Shown here: positions 47,161 through 56,272 of the stretch, in pieces
Layout of the letters: each line of letters begins with the position of its first letter
How positions within the stretch are numbered: the stretch's first letter is position 1
IMG/VR virus record: IMGVR_UViG_2912889086_000006
Span: 1-64,000 of that record
Direction: 5' to 3' (one strand)
DNA from: an uncultured virus (IMG/VR IMGVR_UViG_2912889086_000006)
Taxonomy: Duplodnaviria; Heunggongvirae; Uroviricota; Caudoviricetes
DNA length: 64,000 nucleotides
Made by a program: the position numbers and the translations under genes
The notes under the pieces: generated by a model
Databases searched by the model: none
What the model was told of the DNA's origin: nothing
The model's input: the letters and a program-made list of their open reading frames with translations, nothing else

Positions 47161-47720
47161 TATAATAAGTTAAACACTTGTTTTCTAAATAACCCCTGTG
47201 GAATGACTCGACAGTGAAAAGAAGTAGAATCCCACCATAAAATCCGAAGAGCCGAAAAAAGTTAATCAGAAAGGCATCCGCGGCAATTAACAATAAATAT
47301 GGAATCGCAATGAAGATGTTGAGTCAAAATGATGAATAAGGACGTGTGGAAGCATGAACAACACTCGCCCCTTCCCCTTCAGTTTGTTTTATAAACGATG
47401 CTTAACAGTTTAAAATTTCTTTAAAATCTTATTCAATCTCTATCATTGTAAAAAACTTTCATATATACTTTTTTTGAGATTAAAAGTGCGGAGTTGATGT
47501 AATATGAAATCACTAACAAAACTGATCATTGGGACATTGTTTGTCATAGGTTCTATAGTTGCTACATTATATGTCTTGCCTTCACCTAAATGGAATAACA
47601 CCAAGAAATCGAGCTGATGAAGGTAAACCTGTGCTTAACTGCAATTGGCGATTATAGTGAGTTAGCTCCCCTTCAAAAACAATAGGAATATATACATGTG
47701 AGTCAAAATCATTGAGGTGA

Positions 47721-47906
47721 GTGACAAAATTGACTTTTTTAACAGTAATTAAGGTTATTTTGGCGTTAACTGTGCTAGGTTTATTTGTTTGGACATTCAA
47801 GAGCCAAAAAAGCGTTGACGATGATGACGTGTTCAAATATGCAAGGTATATGATTTATCTGCTTGTAGCTGAAGTTGCACTGTATGTCATATTCAGTTTT
47901 GTTTGA
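47721..47906 (+). CDS. small two-TM protein
   Basis: GAGGTG RBS, hydrophobic. Confidence 0.55.
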   Translation: MTKLTFLTVIKVILALTVLGLFVWTFKSQKSVDDDDVFKYARYMIYLLVAEVALYVIFSFV

Positions 47907-48006
47907 GGTATAAACCTACATACATGTTTCCTTATTCTAATTCAATCCCCTCTTCCCTTCAACCGAACTACAGGACTACTTAACTCCCCCTTTTTAGTGG
48001 GAGTTT

Positions 48007-48312
48007 TTATATTTGATCTAGGATAGCTAAAAGTTCCGGGTCGTTAATTTTGGAAACTATAAATTGAATATAATCAATTTTGTTTGTGTCAGGGAAATGC
48101 AAAGTGGTTATAGTAAAGTTCGTAGCGTGTTTTCCAAAAAGTCCAGCAATACGCAAAGCGACGTCTACATTCTCAAAATCAATATCGAAAGATACAAACT
48201 CTTGATACTCTTGATTCACATAATAGTTCTTTATTTTTGTGTCCTTTGGATTTGAAGGATTTGACGCAGAATTAAGAAGTTTCTTGAATTTCTCAGGATC
48301 GAAGTTCATCAA
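48007..48312 (-). CDS. hypothetical protein
   Basis: GGAGG RBS; terminator hairpin at 47982-48008. Confidence 0.65.
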   Translation of the reverse strand: MMNFDPEKFKKLLNSASNPSNPKDTKIKNYYVNQEYQEFVSFDIDFENVDVALRIAGLFGKHATNFTITTLHFPDTNKIDYIQFIVSKINDPELLAILDQI

Positions 48313-48385
48313 TGTTCAACCTCCAATATTTTGGTAATTAAAGTATAGCACATTGTCATATCCCCCTCTTTAAAATTTTCCACAT

Positions 48386-49369
48386 TTGCCCGATAATAGG
48401 ATCGAGGTGATATTGGTGGAATTTAGTGAAATCGTAAAACATCAGCTTACAACGACGGGATTAAGAAAATTAACCAAGTTCATTCGAAAGGAGTTTCCTG
48501 CAAAAGGACAACCCCATTCTCAACAAATGAAAAAGTATGAAGCTCTTAAAAAGTTAAGTGATAATGATCTCTCCTCTGGAATAGCTCGGATGGTACGAAT
48601 TGAATCAAGTTTTGATCACTCCAAATTTGCTGCCATTTTTGTTTTAATAATAGGCTCATTGCTTGGTGCGGTTAAATTTATGTTAATTGATAATCCGCAA
48701 CCTCTTGGAGGGGAAGTTTATTTCACATTCACGATGTTTGCAGCTTCATTGCTTTTGATTGCTGTTGTATTGGATAAAAGGGATATGACAACTGCAAGTT
48801 ACTTTAAAGAATTGCTTGAGCAGGCAAAGGCTGATAAAGGGAATGAAAAAGAACTTCCCTCTTCAATGACACAGTCTAGTAATCGAATTGAAGCAAAGAT
48901 TCAAACAGGGTGGCTATTTGGGAAAAAGGATAATTTTAAGCAAGCGAAGGATTTAGACAAGGTTTTTCTTAATTGGTCTGACGTCGAAATAATCAGCTAT
49001 ATTACTAGTTATTTTGGGTATTGGACAGAGAAAAACAAAAAAGCTGAACTACAACGGATTAGAGGCTTAAATTTGGATACAATCATATTGGGCATAGCAA
49101 GGATGAAAGAAATTGAAGAATCAAATGATAATTCAAAAATAATCCCCGGGTTTAGTGCTGGTCTTGTACTAATAGCTACCCAGGCTTCGATTTCATATCG
49201 ATATATGAAAAGCCCCTTGTGGGGATCTATTGGTGGAGTTTTACTAGCTTTTATTTTCTATATTTTTGTATTAAAAGGAATTCAGCATGGCCGAAATCTC
49301 CGTTCGAGGGCAGTGAAATACAGAAGCTTATTGGAACAAGTGAAGTCTGAGATGGAAAAGGCATCCTAA
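48386..49369 (+). CDS. membrane protein with two tandem copies of a 2-TM domain
   Basis: Internal repeat GIARM….D.SK…TM-TM…LLEQ.K. Confidence 0.7.
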   Translation: MPDNRIEVILVEFSEIVKHQLTTTGLRKLTKFIRKEFPAKGQPHSQQMKKYEALKKLSDNDLSSGIARMVRIESSFDHSKFAAIFVLIIGSLLGAVKFMLIDNPQPLGGEVYFTFTMFAASLLLIAVVLDKRDMTTASYFKELLEQAKADKGNEKELPSSMTQSSNRIEAKIQTGWLFGKKDNFKQAKDLDKVFLNWSDVEIISYITSYFGYWTEKNKKAELQRIRGLNLDTIILGIARMKEIEESNDNSKIIPGFSAGLVLIATQASISYRYMKSPLWGSIGGVLLAFIFYIFVLKGIQHGRNLRSRAVKYRSLLEQVKSEMEKAS

Positions 49370-49445
49370 TGGATGTCTTTTTATTTGACGTATGTGGTGA
49401 ATTATCCAACATTTTTCTGTAAAATTAATTTAAAGGAGTGTCAAG

Positions 49446-50162
49446 ATGGAAAACTTCGTAGCAATTTTAATTTTTACTTTACCAGGATTATTGAGTTACT
49501 TTTGGATACAGTTATTTGGATTACATCCAGCAAGCAAACATATTAACTTTGAAATAGCAGCAATAAGCGCGATTCTCTGGTTCCCTGTTGGAATGATTGT
49601 GCTTGGCATTTATCAGCTTGCAGCGAAGATTGTGAATGCAAATTCGGCAAATAATCCTTGGTTATCAGTTCACACTCTAAGTGACGTTCTTGAATTATCG
49701 AATAAACTTGGTTTCCTTGTTTACTTTGTGTCGTTCAGTGTTATTTTTAGTTTTCTTTTCTCCTGGTTTGTGTCAAGGTTCGGTTATAAGTGGATGATTG
49801 ATTTAGTGAATGTGGTGAGAAAAGGCAGTAAAACTGCTAAACTTTCTGGCACATCGACTGTTTGGAATGAAACTTTTCTAAAAGATAATACTCAGTATGT
49901 TTCATTCAGAAAAATTGATAATCCTAATGAAGTGATTTATGGAGAGATAAAAAAAGTGTCCAGACCCGTTGAATTAGAAAGAAACCTGCTACTCTCCAAT
50001 TCAGAGCACTGGACAAATATTTTAAAAGATAATAAGGATGTCGAAGTAGACGAGATATTCGTTGACACTAAAACAGGTTTTATTATATCTATTTATAATA
50101 CAAATGATGCTCTAAAAGCTCAAGATAAATATAACGCTACCTTTGAAAGTGATGCAGATTAG
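49446..50162 (+). CDS. DUF6338-like membrane protein
   Basis: N-terminal LPG, three TMs, TVWNETF then soluble beta domain. Confidence 0.6.
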   Translation: MENFVAILIFTLPGLLSYFWIQLFGLHPASKHINFEIAAISAILWFPVGMIVLGIYQLAAKIVNANSANNPWLSVHTLSDVLELSNKLGFLVYFVSFSVIFSFLFSWFVSRFGYKWMIDLVNVVRKGSKTAKLSGTSTVWNETFLKDNTQYVSFRKIDNPNEVIYGEIKKVSRPVELERNLLLSNSEHWTNILKDNKDVEVDEIFVDTKTGFIISIYNTNDALKAQDKYNATFESDAD

Positions 50163-50287
50163 TTCTTTTTTGGTGGTTTTATTGTGAGTGACGGCTTGTC
50201 TGCTGAATTTTGCTCATGTTTTGGTATGTTCATTGCATTTTCAGACGGTCTGTTATCTGGTCTAACTTCTGTTGGTCTTTTTTCCAT
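50159..50287 (-). CDS. 42-aa Pro-rich peptide (MEKRPTEVRPDNRP…IKPPKKN), not in ORF track
   Basis: GAGGAG RBS; stop overlaps the convergent gene's stop. Confidence 0.55.
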   Translation of the reverse strand: MEKRPTEVRPDNRPSENAMNIPKHEQNSADKPSLTIKPPKKN

Positions 50288-50398
50288 AAAAAATCTCTCC
50301 TCGTTTGATAATCATTCTAATGATACCACAATTTAGGGAGGCTTTCGCTCCCTCTCTTTAAAATTTTCCATTTAAGTACGATAATCACTATGAGGTGA

Positions 50399-50866
50399 AT
50401 GTGTAATATGTGGCCGTTTAGACAGAAGAAAAAAGAGTTCAAGAAAGTGGAAAATTGGACTAAGGAAGACACAAAGTACTTCTTCTTAACTGCATCTGAA
50501 AAGGAATTTCATGAATTTATTGAATCTAATTTTTCAAAGCGTACAGAAGGTAATTTAATTTATTTGTTAAACCTTTTAAGAGGTCTTGACAATGATGGTT
50601 TATTTTACGGGATCGCAAAGGTAACAAAAGTTGAATCCCAATTTGATCATTCTAAGTACTTTGCGGCAATAGTTGCTTTGATAGGATTATCATTAAAACT
50701 TTATATGGAGATTAGTATTTGGTGGGCTTTGTTTGTGACTTCGGTTATAACAGGAATATTGTTAAAAATGATTGCCAGAGAAACTAGAAGACGTGTAAGT
50801 GCTGTTTATTTAAGAAGCTTACTGGAGCAAGTTAAAACTGAAAAAGAGAAAGAAAAGGCATCTTAA
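50399..50866 (+). CDS. 2-TM protein, paralog of the repeated domain of 48386-49369
   Basis: GIAKVTKVESQFDHSK…RSLLEQVK…EKAS. Confidence 0.7.
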   Translation: MCNMWPFRQKKKEFKKVENWTKEDTKYFFLTASEKEFHEFIESNFSKRTEGNLIYLLNLLRGLDNDGLFYGIAKVTKVESQFDHSKYFAAIVALIGLSLKLYMEISIWWALFVTSVITGILLKMIARETRRRVSAVYLRSLLEQVKTEKEKEKAS

Positions 50867-51148
50867 TGGTGTCTTTTTATTTTTGAAGTTGCAGGTGAAA
50901 AGCCCATGAACAAAAGTGAAGTTTTAGAAATATTCGAGGAGGTTCTTGAGAAATGGTATTCCTCTGAAGTAGCTCTCATAAGCCAATGTGGTGATAATTG
51001 AAATGATCTTGAAAGGAGAGAAAGATTGTTTAGGCAGCGTTTTTATTGAGGCGTTGAGTGGAAGTTGATGAACCTCCCCTCTTCTAAAGAAGAATTAAAG
51101 AGAGTGAAAGCCCACTCCCTTTAAATGGCGTTGTTTAAGCAAAACTGT

Positions 51149-52084
51149 TTAAAACGGCAACTCAAAATAATGTGAATTTACAACCTCATATATTTCTTGT
51201 TTGACAACGGGGGCTAAATTGCGAAGCTCATCAAATATTGGCATAGGCATTTTATACAACTTCACATTACCATATTCCGTATAATCTTTCGGCTCAATTA
51301 AACCTCTATCCAGAAAATTTTCTAAAACAGATTCATAATTATCTATTAAATTACTCTTACCTAAAGATCTTTGATTCTCCCATTTTAAAATCATGTTCTT
51401 CGAATCATCCGCCATCCACCTAACTCCAAAAGAGCGATTCCCGGTCTCCAATATGTAACCAAGCAACAAAAATTCATTAACAGTTAGACTGCCGGAATAA
51501 ATTAGATTTTTAAGGTTGACTTCTTCGATCTTTTTCTTCGTTAATTCCCTTTGAATAAATGCACTTTCTGGGTTGTTTCTTTTATATTCAACTACTTTAT
51601 CGTATAGATGATCAATAACTTTATACTTGTCATAAGAACTGTATAGTCCAGTGTATTTCTTTTTAAATTCATCTACTCGCTTTAGCTCATCATAGTTAAT
51701 TCCTTCTCGAGGAATGTCCTTGTCGACAAAGTAAATTAACACTTCTTTTTGTTGCTGTATAAAACTTTCGATTTCTTCAAGTGTTCCTGATGGGGCACTA
51801 GTAGTACGAGTCCCAAGTTTTGTCCAAAAAACACCTATTAAAATATCGCATTTCTTCACAAGTGTTTCATTTATAATTCGCTGTGGCTCAATAGGATGGT
51901 ATGTTGGTGCAACATCTTTTTCCCAGCGATTAGGCAGAAGTACAATGTTCAATTCTTCTGCAAAACGTCTGTTCCAATCAAAAATCGCATTTTCAATTTC
52001 GTCTCGTTGGCTTGATACATCGGAAGGTGATGCAATAAAAACCTGCAGTACATCAGCTTTAAAACTCACAGTAATCAACTCCAC
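51149..52084 (-). CDS. DUF4062/TIR-like domain protein (putative defence)
   Basis: VFIASPSDV…CDILIGVFWTKLGT…SGTLEEI. Confidence 0.75.
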   Translation of the reverse strand: MELITVSFKADVLQVFIASPSDVSSQRDEIENAIFDWNRRFAEELNIVLLPNRWEKDVAPTYHPIEPQRIINETLVKKCDILIGVFWTKLGTRTTSAPSGTLEEIESFIQQQKEVLIYFVDKDIPREGINYDELKRVDEFKKKYTGLYSSYDKYKVIDHLYDKVVEYKRNNPESAFIQRELTKKKIEEVNLKNLIYSGSLTVNEFLLLGYILETGNRSFGVRWMADDSKNMILKWENQRSLGKSNLIDNYESVLENFLDRGLIEPKDYTEYGNVKLYKMPMPIFDELRNLAPVVKQEIYEVVNSHYFELPF

Positions 52085-52322
52085 TCTCTAAATCGTTTGC
52101 TCTCTATATAATGAACATCTCTAAGTGTTTACTTCACTGTTAAATTATATCAGAAGAGGTGAATGTTAAACAGATTATTAAGGATTGGAAGTAATCCATC
52201 TTGTATTTAACGCAAAGTGAATATTGTTGGATTTAAACTATCCCCTTCCCTTATGCTCAAGATAAACATTCCTGTAGATGAAAATTGTGGTATACTGTAG
52301 GCATATTGTTTGATGAGGTGGT

Positions 52323-53021
52323 TTGGTGAATAATAAGGTTTTATTTTATATTTTATATGGAGTATTGACAGCCTTCTTCTATTTTATGGACGGATGGAGA
52401 GCTTTTGCTGTGATACTCACCATACTGGGAGGATTACTTTTGGCAACCGAGCCGTATAGAATACGAAATAAACAATTATCCAATAAATTTAGAAACAGTG
52501 TTGAAACGCTAAAAGAATACGATAAAGACTTCAAAGCCGATGGTTCTTTTACTAATTACAACAAAAAAATATCGTTCAACGAATCCAAAGGTATTTTAAA
52601 GTTTTATGAACGGAATGGACAGAATGAAATTATTGAGTTCTCCTACCCTTTTTCACAAATAATCGAGTCATCAATATCATTAGACAATGAAACAGTGTCC
52701 AAAGCTTCTAGAGGTGAACAGATTTCTGGCGCAGCAATCGGTGGGGTTTTGGCAGGAGGTGTAGGAGCAATAATTGGCGGACTTTCTTCTGGCTCAAAGC
52801 AGGTTACGATGGTTAAGTCAATTACCATGAAAATAACGGTGGATGATTTTAAAAACCCTGTTCACTACATTGATTTCCTCCCTGGACATGATTCTCCTGG
52901 TTATAATCCTGTTGGCTATAAGAAAGACAGTGACATAATCAAAACTGCTCTTAAGAAAGCTGAGTACTGGCAAGGAGTTATGGACTTAGCCATAAGAAAA
53001 GCAAATCAAGTCGCTCATTAA
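52323..53021 (+). CDS. yomJ: YomJ-like membrane protein
   Basis: N-terminal TMs, GAAIGGVLAGGVGAIIGGLS motif; upstream of tape measure. Confidence 0.65.
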   Translation: MVNNKVLFYILYGVLTAFFYFMDGWRAFAVILTILGGLLLATEPYRIRNKQLSNKFRNSVETLKEYDKDFKADGSFTNYNKKISFNESKGILKFYERNGQNEIIEFSYPFSQIIESSISLDNETVSKASRGEQISGAAIGGVLAGGVGAIIGGLSSGSKQVTMVKSITMKITVDDFKNPVHYIDFLPGHDSPGYNPVGYKKDSDIIKTALKKAEYWQGVMDLAIRKANQVAH

Positions 53022-53030
53022 TTGGGCGAC

Positions 53031-53264
53031 TTATTTATTTGCATCTACAGTTTCATCTTCAACAAACTCTACTACTTCTTCAATATTGCACTCTAAGTAT
53101 TCGCAGATTTTCAGAATGACTGCCAATGAAACCACTTCACCTTTAGACATTTTCGCTAAGGTTGATGGCGATACTCCTAAATCCTTCTTCAGATCAGTTC
53201 TATTTTTATCTCTCCGTATCAAAGTTATTTCCATAGGCTTAAAGCTGATTCTTAATTTCTTCAC
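53031..53264 (-). CDS. XRE/HTH_26 regulator
   Basis: ISFKPM…LGVSPSTLAKMSKGEVVSLAVILKICEYLECNIEEVVE; AAGGAG RBS before GTG. Confidence 0.85.
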   Translation of the reverse strand: MKKLRISFKPMEITLIRRDKNRTDLKKDLGVSPSTLAKMSKGEVVSLAVILKICEYLECNIEEVVEFVEDETVDANK

Positions 53265-53425
53265 CACAAATCTCCTTTTTGAAAATCTGTAGTTATCATA
53301 CCACAAACCATACCAAATAATCGATATGTCAAACAAAAAATATATGTTTTGTTGACACTTCATTCACCTAGGTGTATATTAAGTACGTGAAATCGAACTA
53401 AATATACATCGAGGAGCTGTTAACA

Positions 53426-53674
53426 ATGCTTAGTAAGACAGTTTGCGGCATGATGAATTTAGAAATATCGCGAATCTCTAATGCTACAACTCAAGATCTA
53501 GCCATACTGGATTCATACTATGCCATATCAGATGATCGAGTTGATTTGACTGAGTTAACTCTACTACACAAAAATGGAAAAGTTTTAGGGACAGTCACAG
53601 TACATAATGTGAAAATTTCTTGGAATGGATTTAAAAAGGGAGAGAACATCATTGACTCAAATATACACTCATGA
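53426..53674 (+). CDS. hypothetical protein
   Basis: GAGGAG RBS; TTGACA-17-TATATT promoter at 53352-53380. Confidence 0.6.
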   Translation: MLSKTVCGMMNLEISRISNATTQDLAILDSYYAISDDRVDLTELTLLHKNGKVLGTVTVHNVKISWNGFKKGENIIDSNIHS

Positions 53675-55949
53675 ATGTGTGCGAGATTATTTCAAGAAAC
53701 ATGGATGTGAACTTATTTCAGAATTTAAAAACGTTAAGCAGATACTTTCTTACAGATGTGTTTGCGGAGAAATAGGAACTACAAATTTTTATTCATATAG
53801 AAACAGTCTCCATAAAAAATGCATTAAATGTGTAAGAAAAAAAGCAAATAAGCCAAATAAATTAAACTTTGAATATGTAAAAAATTTTTTCAAAGAGAAT
53901 AATTGCGAGCTCCTTGAAACCACGTATATTAATAGCTCTACTAAGATGGCTTACATCTGTTCGTGCGGGAAAAAAGATTATAAGACATGGAATAAATTTA
54001 GGACTGGACAAAGATGTAAGGATTGTGCAATAAATCAGAATGCTGAAAAACAGAGAACAGATACTTCATATGTTGAAAACTTTCTAAAAAAACATGGATT
54101 TTCAATAGCCAATGGGAAATATGTAAATGCAAATTTTAAAATGTTGCTTATTTGCCCATGCGGAAAACAAACTGAACGAACATGGAGTTCAGTTAAACAG
54201 AGCCCAAGATGCAACTGTTCAATTCATTACACAAAGCCCTTAAAAAGAAAATTTTCAAAAGAGGAACTGATTAATTTTTACTGGAAATTAAAGAACGATC
54301 TTGGAAGATACCCTAGTTTAGAGGATCTAAAGAAAAATCCGTCTTCCCCTTCCCCATCTGTTTACGAACGAAAGTTTGGGGGATGGGTAAGGTTTTTAGA
54401 GAGTATTGGTGTAATGACTAGCGACAGATGGTATGTTGATGACATTGAAACCTTAAAACGTATGTATGCTGACTACTCTTATGAGGACATAAACGATGCT
54501 CTCATTAAGAAAAGGAGTAAAAGCACAATACAGCATAAAGCAAATAGCCTCGGATTAAAAAAATCTTATAAAGCTAAATTTGGAAAAGAAAAATTCTCAA
54601 ATGATTATTTAATAACCTTTCTAAGGAATTTCTACGACAAATACAATCGAACTCCTGTTGCAAAAGATTTTGCAGAAAATGATTTAAACTATGATACTTT
54701 CACTAAACGTTTTGGATCATGGAATAATGCGCTAAAAAAAGCTGGTCTACCAATTAATAGAGAACGATCAAAAAATCTCTCTAATAATGATTTACTTAAA
54801 ATGAAGGAAATGTATGAAGCAGGAGTTAATATGCAAGATATAGCAAAACACTTTAATTATACACATACTGCGCCTATTTATTATCATTTGAATAAGATGA
54901 ATGTTAATCTAACACGTAATAATCGCTGGTCTAAAAAACAAATCCACTATTTGAAAGCTCACTATCCTAACGCAGAGTGGAAGGAATTACTTAAAAACCT
55001 TGCACCTTTTTCAAAAGAGGGTATTACTACAAAGGCTTATAAACTCGGCATAAAAAGAAACTCAAATTTTTACACCGAAAAAGAAGAAAAGATTCTTCGA
55101 AAATTTTATGGAAAAGTATCTTTTCATGAACTCCTTAAGATGTTGCCTAATAGAACGGAATCTTCTGTTGTTTCTAAAGTTAATCATATGGGTTTAAAAA
55201 TTAGAGAATTTTGGAGCGAAGAAGATATTAACATGCTGAAAAAACATTATCAGACCTCAACTGATGAAGAATTATTAAAAATGTTCAAAGATAGATCATG
55301 GTCTTCGATTCAAAGTATGGCAACAAAAAATTTGAATCTAAAGAGAACGAAGGAATATTACAAAAATAAAAAAGAAAAAATTAGAGATCATCTAATCAAA
55401 GAACTTATAGAGTACGCTAATGCTTTAGGAAGAACACCTACATCAGTAGAAGTTCAAAAGAACCGAAACCTGCAAGGAATTTCAACATATATTAGGTATT
55501 TTGATGGTTACAGAAATGCTTGTCTAAAAGCAGGTCTTGATCCTAATCAATCTATTTTTGGCAGCTCAATTCACTGTATATCATTAAATGGGGATATATG
55601 CCTTTCAAAAAAAGAGAAAGAAATAACCGACTTATTTATAAAAAATAACATAACGTATGAAAAAGAGGTTCTTTATAAAGATATACTAGGCAAAAATAAC
55701 ATTCCAAATATAAGAGTTGATTGGTTTGTTAACAACAGAGTCATTGTTGAGTATTTCGGAATGACAGATAAAGATTATTATAAAAAAAGAGCTAATTATA
55801 AAATAGAGTTTTGTAAGAAGTATGACATCCCATTGATTCCCCTGTACCCTGATGATTTAACGAATAACTACAAAGGCTTAAAAGAAAAATTTAAAACTCA
55901 TGGAATTAACTTTTGGAATGGAGATGGGCAAAATGAACAAATACGTTAA
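53625..55949 (+). CDS. free-standing homing-endonuclease-like protein (Zn-ribbon repeats, HE-associated helical repeats, C-terminal PD-(D/E)xK/Vsr-like nuclease)
   Basis: Three CxCG…CxxC-type units; three (L)GR(T/Y)P…Y..(R/K)FG.W/Y..AL..AGL repeats; WS.E(D/E)..L repeats; SKKEKEI…YEKEV…RVDWFV…IVEYFG. Confidence 0.75.
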   Translation: MDLKRERTSLTQIYTHECVRDYFKKHGCELISEFKNVKQILSYRCVCGEIGTTNFYSYRNSLHKKCIKCVRKKANKPNKLNFEYVKNFFKENNCELLETTYINSSTKMAYICSCGKKDYKTWNKFRTGQRCKDCAINQNAEKQRTDTSYVENFLKKHGFSIANGKYVNANFKMLLICPCGKQTERTWSSVKQSPRCNCSIHYTKPLKRKFSKEELINFYWKLKNDLGRYPSLEDLKKNPSSPSPSVYERKFGGWVRFLESIGVMTSDRWYVDDIETLKRMYADYSYEDINDALIKKRSKSTIQHKANSLGLKKSYKAKFGKEKFSNDYLITFLRNFYDKYNRTPVAKDFAENDLNYDTFTKRFGSWNNALKKAGLPINRERSKNLSNNDLLKMKEMYEAGVNMQDIAKHFNYTHTAPIYYHLNKMNVNLTRNNRWSKKQIHYLKAHYPNAEWKELLKNLAPFSKEGITTKAYKLGIKRNSNFYTEKEEKILRKFYGKVSFHELLKMLPNRTESSVVSKVNHMGLKIREFWSEEDINMLKKHYQTSTDEELLKMFKDRSWSSIQSMATKNLNLKRTKEYYKNKKEKIRDHLIKELIEYANALGRTPTSVEVQKNRNLQGISTYIRYFDGYRNACLKAGLDPNQSIFGSSIHCISLNGDICLSKKEKEITDLFIKNNITYEKEVLYKDILGKNNIPNIRVDWFVNNRVIVEYFGMTDKDYYKKRANYKIEFCKKYDIPLIPLYPDDLTNNYKGLKEKFKTHGINFWNGDGQNEQIR

Positions 55950-56184
55950 TCACTTGACATTGACTATAGCCGCTTACCAAACAACTCTTGGTAACTCAGA
56001 AGATGAAGCTAAACAATTTACCGAATATGACCTCTTGGATTTTGGTGGATTTGAAGAATTGAAAGAAATAACATTAATAAATTTTGACGGTGCTAAGATA
56101 ACCCTTCAAGCCTCTAATATGGGGCTTGAAATTGAGGATACTGAAGAAATTGATAAAGAAGATGAACTGCTATACATAAAATAA
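55932..56184 (+). CDS. acidic hypothetical protein (MNKYVNHL…)
   Basis: GGAG RBS; followed by terminator-like GACTCTGC/GCAGAGTT-T run. Confidence 0.55.
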
Positions 56185-56272
56185 ATGATTTTCTTGACTC
56201 TGCTTGAATGCAGAGTTTTTTATTTCTGTCTATCTCTCCCCACTCTCTGCTTTGAAAGGATCTGATTATTAA

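Larger units (their letters stand above)
44179..47253 (-). mobile_element. ISL3-family element carrying three passenger genes
   Basis: IRs GGGTATTCGGATTATTTGGTGG / GGCTCTTCGGATTTTATGGTGG; 8-bp TSD GAAAAAAG at 44171-44178 and 47254-47261. Confidence 0.9.
44074..47339 (+). pseudogene. 60-aa gene split by the ISL3 element (44074-44178 + 47262-47339)
   Basis: Removing the element and one TSD gives MRVKPIIAGKDAERFLKKVRRNNRKIEDRGSQRKKLIRKASAAINNKYGIAMKMLSQNDE*. Confidence 0.7.
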
